Part shown: piece by piece, positions 19,099 to 28,950 of the stretch | Numbering within the stretch: position 1 is the first letter of the stretch | Layout of the letters: each line of letters begins with the position of its first letter | Assembly: GCF_021246445.1 (NCBI RefSeq) | Contig: NZ_JAJQXW010000001.1 | Coordinates: 1,878,168 to 1,942,167, forward strand | Length of the DNA stretch: 64,000 nt | Direction: 5' to 3' | Source of the DNA: Rhabdothermincola salaria | Lineage (GTDB): Bacteria; Actinomycetota; Acidimicrobiia; Acidimicrobiales; Acidimicrobilacustridaceae | Position numbers and translations under genes: made by a program | Notes under the pieces: model-generated | Told to the model about the DNA's origin: nothing | Database searches by the model: none | The model's input: the letters and a program-made list of their open reading frames with translations, nothing else

Positions 19099-19926
19099 TT
19101 AGACGATTCGACGCGGAGCCGCCGACCGATCGTCGCCGGGCTCGACCTCGTGACGCAGGAAGGCGGCTCGCACCGGTTGCTCGGGGCGGGAGAAGTCGTC
19201 GTAGAACTGCTGGGGATCGAAGTGCGACGACGCCAACCGGGTGACCGCGTCGACCTCGCCCGCTTCGATCAGGTCGGCCATGAGCTCGTGCTCCTCGAGC
19301 CCCTTGCGCCGATAGTCGGCGTCGGGGAAGTCACCGCGCTCGCTGACCCGCTGCGCCCAGGTGCGCACATGGGCCAACCAGAGCGATTCGATGGCGCCGG
19401 CCACGACCTGCATGGTGGGGCTGCCGCAGAGACCGACGATGCTCTCGTGGAACTCGGCCATCTCCTCGACGTAGGCGAGCTCGTCGTGGAGCAGGTCGCG
19501 AGCAGCCGCGTTGTGACGACGCAGCACCGGCACCACTGCCTCGTTGCGATCGGGTCGAGCCGCGCACATCCCCGCGCAGGCGGACTCGAGCTGGCGGAGC
19601 GTCTGACCCACGTCGTCGATGGCCACCTTCTTGGCCTGCAGGGCCAGGCCGAGGTTGTAGGCGGCGTCGCGAGCCTCGGGGACGTGGACGACAGCCCCGC
19701 CGATCTTGCCCCGGCGGACGGTCAGCAGCCCCTCGGTCTCGAGGATCCGCAAGGCCTCGCGCAACGAAGGCTTGCTGACCTTGAACTCGACGAGGAGCTT
19801 CTCCTGGCTCGGGAGCAGGCCGCCGTCGGGGATGTCGCCGTCGAGGATCCGCTCCCTCAGCCGGCCGGCGACGAGCTCGGCGACGCGTGGGTGACGCAGT
19901 TGTGTGGGAGCCGGCTCATCGCTCAC
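19099..19926 (-). CDS. GntR/FadR-family transcriptional regulator
   Basis: LPSQEKL..EFKVSKPSLREALRILE.EGL wHTH plus FCD domain. Confidence 0.9.
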   Translation of the reverse strand: MSDEPAPTQLRHPRVAELVAGRLRERILDGDIPDGGLLPSQEKLLVEFKVSKPSLREALRILETEGLLTVRRGKIGGAVVHVPEARDAAYNLGLALQAKKVAIDDVGQTLRQLESACAGMCAARPDRNEAVVPVLRRHNAAARDLLHDELAYVEEMAEFHESIVGLCGSPTMQVVAGAIESLWLAHVRTWAQRVSERGDFPDADYRRKGLEEHELMADLIEAGEVDAVTRLASSHFDPQQFYDDFSRPEQPVRAAFLRHEVEPGDDRSAAPRRIV

Positions 19927-20127
19927 CTCGGGAACTCCGATCTGACGACCTGCCCTTCACGGTAGCCATCGGGCCCGGCCGGCCGATGGGCCCGATGACG
20001 CGATCCCCATCCTGGGGTCACGTCGCACCGGGACCGATCCCGAGCTCGACCGCTCCAACCCTGGCGGGCGCATACCCCCGGGCCGCAATGGATACAAGAG
20101 GGACGTGCGAGCAACGGTCCCCGCGTG

Positions 20128-20451
20128 ATGAGCGCCGAGCGAGCCCGGTCCATCCTGGCTGTGGCTCCCGACGCCGGCCCCGACGAGATCGAGGCCGCCT
20201 TCCGGCGGGCCATCCGCACCGCTCACCCCGACCACGGCGGCGATGTCCACCGCTCCCAGGACCTGCTCGACGCCCGCCGCTGCCTTCGCCACCACGGCGC
20301 CCACCGGCCCCGTTCGGGTCCGGGCCCGGGTCCCGCCGTCGCCTACCAACGCATCGTCATCGTGCCCGCCGCCCGGTGGCGCGATCTGCTCGCCGCCCTC
20401 ATCGAGCGCGTCCGGCACGGCCCTGCCCGCCCACCACCGCGAGTCCGTTGA
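20128..20451 (+). CDS. small J-domain (DnaJ-like) protein
   Basis: ARSILAV.PDA..DEIEAAFRRAIRTAHPDHGGD with HPD motif. Confidence 0.7.
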   Translation: MSAERARSILAVAPDAGPDEIEAAFRRAIRTAHPDHGGDVHRSQDLLDARRCLRHHGAHRPRSGPGPGPAVAYQRIVIVPAARWRDLLAALIERVRHGPARPPPRVR

Positions 20452-20468
20452 GCCCGAAAGGCCACCTC

Positions 20469-20648
20469 ATGAACAACATCCGCTTCTGGATCCTCGTCGG
20501 TCTCGTCGTCGGCGCCGTCTGGGCGTTCACCGACGTGGGCGGCGCGCTGTTGACCCTCGGCCTGGGCGCTGTCGGCTTCCTGGTCGGTTACGTCATCGAA
20601 CAGGGCATCGACCTGCGCGAGGTGCTCAAACAGGACCGCGACAACTGA
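20469..20648 (+). CDS. small integral membrane protein (DUF2273-like) of Asp23 operons
   Basis: 59 aa, two hydrophobic helices, GAAAGG RBS, located just before the Asp23 gene. Confidence 0.7.
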   Translation: MNNIRFWILVGLVVGAVWAFTDVGGALLTLGLGAVGFLVGYVIEQGIDLREVLKQDRDN

Positions 20649-20682
20649 CCGCCAACCGCCGGGCCCGGCCCTGACCGCCACC

Positions 20683-20724
20683 GGCCCTGGCCCTGGCCCT
20701 GGCCCTGGCCCTGGCCCTGGCCCT
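20683..20724. repeat. hexamer microsatellite (GGCCCT) x7
   Basis: Seen directly, intergenic inside the Asp23 cluster. Confidence 0.9.
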
Positions 20725-20794
20725 GGTCGCCACCGGCCCTGACCGCCGCCGGGCCGGCCCCGAATCCCCGATCGCCAACCCAGAGGAGCAACTC

Positions 20795-21256
20795 ATGAGT
20801 GACACCGCTACCCAGAACCAGCCCGCCTCCAAGCCAGGCAACTCCGGCAACTCGGGCTCCCTCGCCCGACTCGAGACCGACAAGGGCACCACCTCCATCT
20901 CCGAGGACGTGGTGGGCAAGATCGCCTCCATCGCCGCCCGCGAGGTCGAGGGGGTCGACTCCCTCGGTGGCGCCCTGTCCGGCGCCCTCGGCAGCGTCGT
21001 GGGCCGCATCCGCGGCGACGAGCACAAGCAGTCCGGCGTGGGCGTCGAGGTCGGCACCCGTCAGGCCGCCGTCGACATCTCCATGACGGTCAAGTACCCG
21101 GCGTCGATCATGGACGTCACCGGTGCCGTACGCCAGAACGTCATCGACCGCATCGAGGGCATGACCGGCCTCGAGGTCGTCGAGGTCAACATCGCCGTCA
21201 ACGACCTCGCCTTCTCCGGTGGCGACCAGGACCAGAACAGCGGCCGGGTCGAGTAG
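20795..21256 (+). CDS. Asp23/Gls24 envelope stress response protein
   Basis: GTTSISEDVVGKIASIAAREVEGV...GVEVG..QAAVD...MTGLEVVEVNIAVND. Confidence 0.92.
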   Translation: MSDTATQNQPASKPGNSGNSGSLARLETDKGTTSISEDVVGKIASIAAREVEGVDSLGGALSGALGSVVGRIRGDEHKQSGVGVEVGTRQAAVDISMTVKYPASIMDVTGAVRQNVIDRIEGMTGLEVVEVNIAVNDLAFSGGDQDQNSGRVE

Positions 21257-21260
21257 ACCG

Positions 21261-21833
21261 ATGAGCCCCGACGCCGGTTCACCGGCGCCATCGACGCTCG
21301 AGCTGGCCCGGGTGGTCGCCGACGCATCCCGGTCCCACGACGACGTGGTCGACCTGGATGCCGGCCCGGCCGGCGAGTTCGCCACCTACGGGCTGGGCGA
21401 ACGCATCACCGGGGTGCGGGTGGACACCACCCACACCGACCACCCGGCGGTGCAGGTGCGCCTCGTCGTGCGCTTCGGTCGCCCGGTCACCGCCATCGGT
21501 GCCGAGGTGCACGCTCGCGTCGTGTCGGCGCTGCGTGACCGCGGCGGGGTCGACGACCCGGCCGTCCACGTCCACGTCGCCGACCTCGTCGAGGGGGATC
21601 GCACCGACGACGACACCCAGACCCTCGGAAGCGCCGCCGCCGACGACGACACCCAGACCCTCGGAAGCGCCGCCGCCGACGACGACACCCAGACCCTCGG
21701 AAGCGCCGCCGCCGACGACGACACCCACACCGGCGAGGAGACCGACGACGTCGCCAGCCCCCGGGGGGAGGCGTCGTTCGCGACGCCCGCGACCGACGAG
21801 CCCTCCGAGCCCCGCGTCCCGGAGACCCGATGA
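21261..21833 (+). CDS. second Asp23-like protein with acidic repeat tail
   Basis: EFATYGLGERITGVRV...VVRFG...VHVHVADL, then a (DDDTQTLGSAAA)x3 tail. Confidence 0.75.
   Translation: MSPDAGSPAPSTLELARVVADASRSHDDVVDLDAGPAGEFATYGLGERITGVRVDTTHTDHPAVQVRLVVRFGRPVTAIGAEVHARVVSALRDRGGVDDPAVHVHVADLVEGDRTDDDTQTLGSAAADDDTQTLGSAAADDDTQTLGSAAADDDTHTGEETDDVASPRGEASFATPATDEPSEPRVPETR
21606..21727 (+). repeat. 36-bp in-frame tandem repeat x3.4
   Basis: GACGACGACACCCAGACCCTCGGAAGCGCCGCCGCC repeated perfectly. Confidence 0.9.
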
Positions 21834-22378
21834 CCCTCCTGCGTCGCTTCCTGGCCCTGCTGGTCGCCCTCGCCCTCGTGACGGCGGCGATCCTCGTGGG
21901 CATCGAGGCGGTGGGCATCCGCGCCGACAGGAACCCCGTGCTCCTCCCCATCGACGACTGGGGGGAGAACCTGGCCAGCGGCGACTGGGGCCGCTGGAGC
22001 GCCGACGCCTGGGCGATCGCCGCCGGGGCGACCCTCGCCCTCGGGCTGGTGCTCGTGGTGGTGCAGCTCATCCCCCAGCGGGTGCCCACCGTCGAGCGCC
22101 GCCACGCCGACGGCGAACGGGTGATCCGCTACGGCCGCAAGGGCATGGAGGCTCGGTTGCGCGACCTCACGATCGACCAGGACGGCGTGCTCGGCGGGAA
22201 GGTCACCACCTCCAAGCGCACGGCCAGGGTGACCGCCCTGGTGCCCCGCGGCGCCGACGGGCCCACCACCGAACGCACGGTGCGCACCGCGGTGGGCCAG
22301 GAGCTCGACAAGCTCCAACTGGCCAAGCGACCGAAGGTGCGCGTCGACGCCACCGAGACCGCCGATCGGGTGCTGTGA
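21830..22378 (+). CDS. membrane protein of Asp23 operon (DUF6286-like)
   Basis: Two TM helices plus a C-terminal alpha/beta domain. ATGA overlap with the upstream gene. Confidence 0.7.
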   Translation: MTLLRRFLALLVALALVTAAILVGIEAVGIRADRNPVLLPIDDWGENLASGDWGRWSADAWAIAAGATLALGLVLVVVQLIPQRVPTVERRHADGERVIRYGRKGMEARLRDLTIDQDGVLGGKVTTSKRTARVTALVPRGADGPTTERTVRTAVGQELDKLQLAKRPKVRVDATETADRVL

Positions 22379-22379
22379 C

Positions 22380-22952
22380 GTGATCGACGGCACCAACCGT
22401 GTCCTGCTGCTGCTGTTCGGCCTGGTGCTGGCCGCCGCCGGCGGCCTCGGCCTCGCTCTCAACCAAGGGCTGCTCGACGACGTCGACCAGCCCCGCTCGA
22501 TCTACGCCGACGTCCGCGACGAGCTCGTCGCCGACCCCGACCTGTGGTTCGCGGTGATCCTCGGCGCCAGCGTGGTGGTGATGGTGCTCGCCCTGGTGTG
22601 GGCGTCACGCCAGTTCACCAGCCGCCCCGGCCCGCCGCACCTGTCGACGGTCGTGCTGCACGCCGATCGTCGCGGGCGCACCACCCTCGAGCCGGCGGGC
22701 CTGGCCCAGGCCATCGCCGGTGACATCGGCACGGTCGACGGGGTCCGCAAGGCCCGAGTGCGGATCGTCGCCATGGGCCGCGAGCCGTCGATGCACGTGC
22801 GCCTCGACGTCCACCGCGCCGTCGATCCCGACGCCCTGCTCCGACGTCTGGAGCCAGCGCTGGATCGAGCGGCCGAGAGCCTGGGGGTGGACGCGGTCGA
22901 AGCCCGGGTGCGGATCGACTTCGCCGGCCGCGACACGGCCCGGGTGGTCTGA
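22380..22952 (+). CDS. AmaP-like alkaline shock response membrane anchor protein
   Basis: NRVLLLLFGLVL..GG TM start, GRTTL...GVRKARV, terminal ARVV, Asp23 context. Confidence 0.7.
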   Translation: MIDGTNRVLLLLFGLVLAAAGGLGLALNQGLLDDVDQPRSIYADVRDELVADPDLWFAVILGASVVVMVLALVWASRQFTSRPGPPHLSTVVLHADRRGRTTLEPAGLAQAIAGDIGTVDGVRKARVRIVAMGREPSMHVRLDVHRAVDPDALLRRLEPALDRAAESLGVDAVEARVRIDFAGRDTARVV

Positions 22953-23062
22953 CACACCGAGACGCGGCCGCCGCCCGCCTCTACGCCGCCGCCGTCCGCC
23001 ACGCGCCGAACCTCGCCGAGCGCGACCCCCAGACCCGCCGGGCGGTCCGACTCGACGAGTCT

Positions 23063-23527
23063 CTACGCCTCCAGGGGAGAGGTGGCTGACCGCTCGTCGA
23101 CGCGCGGCGCGTCCTCTGCCGCCTGCTTGAACCCGAGGTTCTCCTTGGCGATGGCCTTGGCGATGGGCCGCCGGACGAGGCGACCGATCAGCCCGGCACC
23201 CCGGCCGGTGACCTCCACCTCCAGGGTGTTGCGGCAACCGCCTTGCGGGGTGGGCTCCAGCAGGTGGCGGGCCGTCATGGTCGCTCCGGCCACCGTCGTC
23301 GCCCATTCGAAGCAGCGTTCGGGATCCAGACGGGTGACGGTCCACACCCGAACCGGTTGGGCCGGCTGGCGGATCCGCGCCGTGGACCCGACCGCCAACG
23401 AGCCGGGCTCGCCGCGCTCCACCGACCGCATGGTGTCGGGGCTCAGCTCGGGCCAGCGTGCGACGTCGGCGGTGAGCGCCCACACGGTCGCCGGCGGGGC
23501 GCTGATCTCGATCTCGTTCCTGATCAT
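23063..23527 (-). CDS. SRPBCC (polyketide cyclase/dehydrase-like) protein
   Basis: IEISAPPATVWALTADVARWPE...LGFKQAAE. Confidence 0.85.
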   Translation of the reverse strand: MIRNEIEISAPPATVWALTADVARWPELSPDTMRSVERGEPGSLAVGSTARIRQPAQPVRVWTVTRLDPERCFEWATTVAGATMTARHLLEPTPQGGCRNTLEVEVTGRGAGLIGRLVRRPIAKAIAKENLGFKQAAEDAPRVDERSATSPLEA

Positions 23528-23535
23528 GCGGTAGT

Positions 23536-23551
23536 TGTACCATTTGGTACA
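23536..23551. promoter_or_regulatory. TetR operator (perfect 7-2-7 palindrome)
   Basis: TGTACCA-TT-TGGTACA between the divergent SRPBCC and TetR genes. Confidence 0.75.
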
Positions 23552-23589
23552 CTTCCTGACAAGGGCCGACCGAGACGAGGAACCGCACC

Positions 23590-24156
23590 ATGAGCACCGC
23601 ACGCGCCGAGCTCCTCAGCCGGGTCATGGACCACGTGGCCGCCCACGGGCTCAGCGACGTCAGCCTGCGGGAGCTGGCTGGCTCCGTGGGCACCAGCCAC
23701 CGCATGCTCCTCTACCACTTCTCCAGCCGCGAGGGCCTGGTGGCGGCCGTGGTCGAGTCGATGGAGGACCGCCAACGACAGGCCCTCGAGGCGCTGAGCA
23801 CCGAGGCGGCCTCCCCTCGCCAGCTGATCGAAGCCCAGTGGGCCCAGCTGTCGGACCCGGCGACGCGACCCTTCGTACTGCTCTTCTTCGAGGTGCTGGC
23901 CCTGGCGCTGCACGATCGCCCCGGCACCGAGGGCTTCCTCGACCACCTCACCGAGCCGTGGCTCGACCTCGCCGAGCGGCTGGCCACCGACCTCGACGCC
24001 CGCACCGACCGCGACGAGCTGCGCCTGGGTGTCGCCGTCAGCCGCGGCCTGCTCCTCGAGGCCGTCGCCTCCGGCGACGTCGAGGCGGCCACCCGGTCGC
24101 TGCACCGCTTCCTCGACATGTGGGACGCCACCCGTCCCGACACCGACGAAGGCTGA
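23590..24156 (+). CDS. TetR/AcrR-family regulator
   Basis: GLSDVSLRELAGSVGTSHRMLLYHFSSREGL HTH. Confidence 0.92.
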   Translation: MSTARAELLSRVMDHVAAHGLSDVSLRELAGSVGTSHRMLLYHFSSREGLVAAVVESMEDRQRQALEALSTEAASPRQLIEAQWAQLSDPATRPFVLLFFEVLALALHDRPGTEGFLDHLTEPWLDLAERLATDLDARTDRDELRLGVAVSRGLLLEAVASGDVEAATRSLHRFLDMWDATRPDTDEG

Positions 24157-24378
24157 CCACCAGGCCCGAGCCCGGGCTCACCAGCCCAGCAGCCTTCGGC
24201 CCCATCAGCCTTCGACCCAACCCGAGCGACAGCCGGTCGGTCCGTCCCTCCCGACAGCCTGTCGAGCCCTCAGGCCGCCAAGGCCGAGGTCCGTCCCGCG
24301 CATCCTCTGGGAACAGACGAAGGCCCCGCGACGAGCCGGGCCTGCCTGGTGGACGCCGCCGGGTTCCCGGTCAGGGCA

Positions 24379-24865
24379 TCAGCGGGTTCGGGCAGCGAGG
24401 ACCTGCTCGCGCAGGATCTCGGCGTGGCCGACGTGCTGGGCCAGCTCCCGCAGCACCTGGAGCCGGAGGGCCCACACCGGGCGCTCTCCTCGCCCGGCGA
24501 CCACGTCGTCGTCGCGCAGGCCGGCCAGGTTGGTGCGCGAGGTCTCCCAGCGCTGCCGGTACGCCGCCTGCACCGTGGCGATCGTGTCGCTCTCGGGCGG
24601 CGCGAACGACGCGTCGACGGTGTCCGGGATGCCGATCTCGGCGTAGGACCGCCCGGTGATCGCCTGGTCGAACCAGACGGCCTCGAAGAAGATGGCGTGC
24701 GACACGAGGCCGAGCAGCGTCGTCGCCGACGGCACGAGGTGACGCCGGGCCTCCTCCTCGGTCAGCCCGTCGACCACGTCGTGCATGGCCTGCCGGTAGG
24801 TGTCGATGAGCTCCTCGATGCGCCGGCGCTGATCGACGGTCCAGTCCTGGCTCTCGCCCTCGGTC

Positions 24866-24867
<2 letters not shown>
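24379..24867 (-). CDS. DinB/DUF664 family protein
   Basis: GLTEEEARRHLVPS.TTLLGLVSH...E.VWF...ELAQHVGHAEILREQ. Confidence 0.85.
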
Positions 24868-25759
<892 letters not shown>

Positions 25760-26119
25760 CCCTCGACCGGACGAGGTTCGGGCCCACGACGAGCAGAGGG
25801 GCCCGGGCCCGGTCTCAGATCCAGAGCCGGTGCCGGTGCCGGTGCCGGTGCCGCAGCCGCACCCCGAGCCAGAGCCAGAGCCAGAGCCAGAGGGCACCAC
25901 CGGGCGGCGACACCTCCCCACCTCCATGAGCCACCACGTGCGCACACCGCTCTGGGGCTGGAGGCACTCCACGCGCGACGCCGCGGCAGCCGAGGCCGGC
26001 CGAGATGGGTCCGGCGTCCGGTCGGGGACCGACCGCGTCTGCGGCGGGTGGCCGTGGGGGGGATCAGCCCGGCGCGCCGGCCGAGGGGCGAGCGACCCGT
26101 CGGGTGCGGCGTCCGAGGG

Positions 26120-26944
26120 TCACCTCGCGGGGCGGCCGCCGTCGAGGAGGACCGTCAGGTCGGCGATCGAGTCGATGACGGCGTCGGGACGGCCGCTCGC
26201 GCCGTCGAGCACGTCGGGGCGGAACTTCCCGGTGCGCACCAGCACGCCCCGCACCCCGGCGCCCTGGGCGCCGAGCACATCGGCGTCGATGTCGTCGCCC
26301 ACCATCACCACCTCGCCGGCGTCGAGGTCCAGCTCGGCGAGGGCGGCATCGAAGAACGCCGGCGACGGCTTGCCCACCACCGTCGCCTCCACCCCGGCCG
26401 CCGCCTCCAGGCCGGCCACGTAGGCGCCGCTGTCGAGGGCGAGGCCCTCGGCCACCTTCCAGGTGAGGTTGCGGTGCATGGCCACCAGCGCGGCGCCGTT
26501 CGTGAGCAGCCGGAAGGCGTGGTCCACCGCCTCGTAGGTGAACTCCGGCCCGGCGCCGCCCAGCACCACCACGTCGGCCGCCTCGTCGCCGCCCACCACG
26601 GTGACGCCCTCGAGGTCCTCTCCCACGTCACCGCTGCTCAACACCCAGCACCGGGCGCCCGGGTGGTGGCCCCGCAGGTGGCCGGCCGTGGCGCTCGGCG
26701 CGTTGAGGACCTCGGCGTCGCGCACCTCGAACCCCGCGCCCACCAACGTCTCGGCCAGCAACGAGCGCGAGCGCGACGTGGTGTTGGTGAGCAGCCGGAA
26801 CGGGACGCCCGCCTGCCGGAGCCGGGCCAGGGTGTCGATCGCCCCCGGGATCGGCTCCCACGACACGGTGAGCACACCGTCGATGTCGATCAACAGCCCA
26901 CGCACCGGCCGTCCGTCGAGCGAGAGGTCGGTCGCCGATGCCAT
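26120..26944 (-). CDS. HAD-IIA family hydrolase (LHPP/NagD-like)
   Basis: LIDIDGVL, LLTNTT, VGKPS, MVGDDI..DV.GAQ, VRTGKFR. Confidence 0.9.
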   Translation of the reverse strand: MASATDLSLDGRPVRGLLIDIDGVLTVSWEPIPGAIDTLARLRQAGVPFRLLTNTTSRSRSLLAETLVGAGFEVRDAEVLNAPSATAGHLRGHHPGARCWVLSSGDVGEDLEGVTVVGGDEAADVVVLGGAGPEFTYEAVDHAFRLLTNGAALVAMHRNLTWKVAEGLALDSGAYVAGLEAAAGVEATVVGKPSPAFFDAALAELDLDAGEVVMVGDDIDADVLGAQGAGVRGVLVRTGKFRPDVLDGASGRPDAVIDSIADLTVLLDGGRPAR

Positions 26945-27007
26945 CCCCCCACACCTACGCCCGTTCCGACGGCTCCACAAGGCCACCACCCCCGACGCCC
27001 CGCCCGG

Positions 27008-27856
27008 TCAGCCCACCGGGCGATGGTGACCCCACGAGCTCGGCGCGGTGATCTCGGCGACGGTCCAGGTGGCCTCGTCGACCAGCACCCCGCCGTGACC
27101 GAACTCCACGTCGAAGCCCGACGGCGAGCGGCTGTAGAACGACACCATCTCGTCGTTGGTGTGGCGACCCAGGCCCATGGAGATGCCGCTCCCGGCATCG
27201 AGGTGTCGGTCCATGGTGCGGCCGACGTCGTCGAGCGTGCCCGCTTCCACCATGAAGTGGTACAGCGCCGGCTCCGCGGCCGGCACCAGCGCCAGGCTGT
27301 GGTGGCGCCGGTTGCAGCGCAGGAAGACCACGTCGTGGCCATCGGGCCGCCAGTAGTCGCTGACGCGGAAGCCCATCACCCCGACGTAGAAGGCCAAGGA
27401 GGCGTCGAGGGCCGGGGTCCCGAGCACGATGTGGCCCATCCCGAGGGCACCCGTCACGAAGCGGCTGACCCCGGTCGGCGACACCCATGGCTGGTGGTCG
27501 TGCATCGGCCCGTGGAACAGCTCGAGCGGGAATCCACTCGGATCGGTGGCCCGCACCATCCCCCGCACCCGGCGACGCTCACAGTCCTGGGCCGAGGCCT
27601 CCGTCATGGTGATTCCAGCCGCCCTGAGCTCGGCGGTGGCACGCTCCAGCGCCGCCGCGTCGGCCAGCTCCCAGCCAACGGCGGCCAGCCCGTCGGTGCC
27701 TTCGACGACCATCACCCGGAACGGGCGGTCGTCGAAGCGCAGCCCCAGCCAGCCGTCGCCGTCGACCACCATCGCCCCCAGGTTCTCGGCGTAGGACCGC
27801 CACGCGCCCAGGTCGGCGGTCGTGATCGTGATGTAGCCCAGACCTCGGATGTCCAT
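27008..27856 (-). CDS. extradiol ring-cleavage dioxygenase (BphC/HsaC-like VOC)
   Basis: IRGLGYI, GMGHIVL, CNRRHHSLAL, HFMVE, LGRHTNDEMVSFY..SPSGF.VEFG. Confidence 0.9.
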   Translation of the reverse strand: MDIRGLGYITITTADLGAWRSYAENLGAMVVDGDGWLGLRFDDRPFRVMVVEGTDGLAAVGWELADAAALERATAELRAAGITMTEASAQDCERRRVRGMVRATDPSGFPLELFHGPMHDHQPWVSPTGVSRFVTGALGMGHIVLGTPALDASLAFYVGVMGFRVSDYWRPDGHDVVFLRCNRRHHSLALVPAAEPALYHFMVEAGTLDDVGRTMDRHLDAGSGISMGLGRHTNDEMVSFYSRSPSGFDVEFGHGGVLVDEATWTVAEITAPSSWGHHRPVG

Positions 27857-27951
27857 GTCGTGCTCCCTCGTCGCGTCGTCGACACGAGCATGCGAGGGAT
27901 CCGTCGCGCGGACAAGGTGAGAACCAGGGTCGATGATGGTAAGAATCGGAC

Positions 27952-28806
27952 ATGGTCGACGTGGTGGCGGTCCGGTACCACCCGCACGACGCGGACTATC
28001 GGCTCGCCATCGAGATCATCGACGCCGCCGAGCTCCGGGCGCGCGTGGCGTCGGACCCCCAGCGGGGGTTCGAACGGGTCGACTTCCAGTGCGTGCTGTT
28101 CGTCCGGTCGGGCAGCTACGACCACGTCGTCGACTTCGAGACCCACCGACTCGTCGGCGGCTCGGCCCTCGTGATCTCCCCCGGGCAGGTCCACCGCTTC
28201 GGTCCCCCCGGCCGGTGGGAGGGATGGATGCTGATCCTCGACACCCACCTGGTGCCCGAGGACGCCCGGTCGCTGCCCACCCACGTCCGCCTGGACGACG
28301 ATGCCGCCCAGGCGACCACCGAGCTGTTCGCTCGCCTCGAGGCCGACACCCGGTCCGCGGCCCACCCGGCCGACCTGGTCCGGTTGCTCGAACGGCAGGT
28401 CGCGGTGCTCATGGCGCGTCTCGCCCTCGGTGGCACCGGCGCCGAGCCGGACCGCCAGGTCGATCCCCTGGTGTCGTCGCGCCATCGCGCGTACCGCGCC
28501 GCGGTGGAAGAGGGGTTCCGCCGTTGCCACCTCGTGGCGCCCTACGCCCGCGATCTCGGCTGCTCGACGCGCTCGCTCAACCGAGCCTGCCAGGCGGTGG
28601 CGGGTGTCTCGGCCAAACAGGTCGTGGTCGCTCGCCTCGTGTTGGAGGCCAAGCGAGTCCTGGCCCACACCGACGACACCGTCTCGACGATCAGCCGCTC
28701 CCTCGGCTTCGACGAGCCCACCAACTTCGTGAAGTTCTTCCGTCGTGAGACGGCGACCACGCCCACCGCCTTCCGCCACGCGGTCCGCGCCCACCGCGCC
28801 ATCTAG
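27952..28806 (+). CDS. AraC-family transcriptional regulator
   Basis: Cupin N-domain (HVVDF..ISPGQVH). C-terminal LGFDEPTNFVKFFRR. Confidence 0.9.
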   Translation: MVDVVAVRYHPHDADYRLAIEIIDAAELRARVASDPQRGFERVDFQCVLFVRSGSYDHVVDFETHRLVGGSALVISPGQVHRFGPPGRWEGWMLILDTHLVPEDARSLPTHVRLDDDAAQATTELFARLEADTRSAAHPADLVRLLERQVAVLMARLALGGTGAEPDRQVDPLVSSRHRAYRAAVEEGFRRCHLVAPYARDLGCSTRSLNRACQAVAGVSAKQVVVARLVLEAKRVLAHTDDTVSTISRSLGFDEPTNFVKFFRRETATTPTAFRHAVRAHRAI

Positions 28807-28844
28807 TGCCCTGGCCGGACAGGACACCGACCGTCGAGACCGTC

Positions 28845-28876
28845 GGCACCCGGGCACCCGGGCACCCGGGCACCCA
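28845..28876. repeat. 8-bp tandem repeat (GGCACCCG) x~4
   Basis: Seen directly, intergenic. Confidence 0.75.
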
Positions 28877-28950
28877 GGCACTTGCGTGCACCAGACTCGC
28901 GGGTGGCCGAGGCCGCGCCGGCGGCCACGCGAGCAGGGGGGGACGACGCG

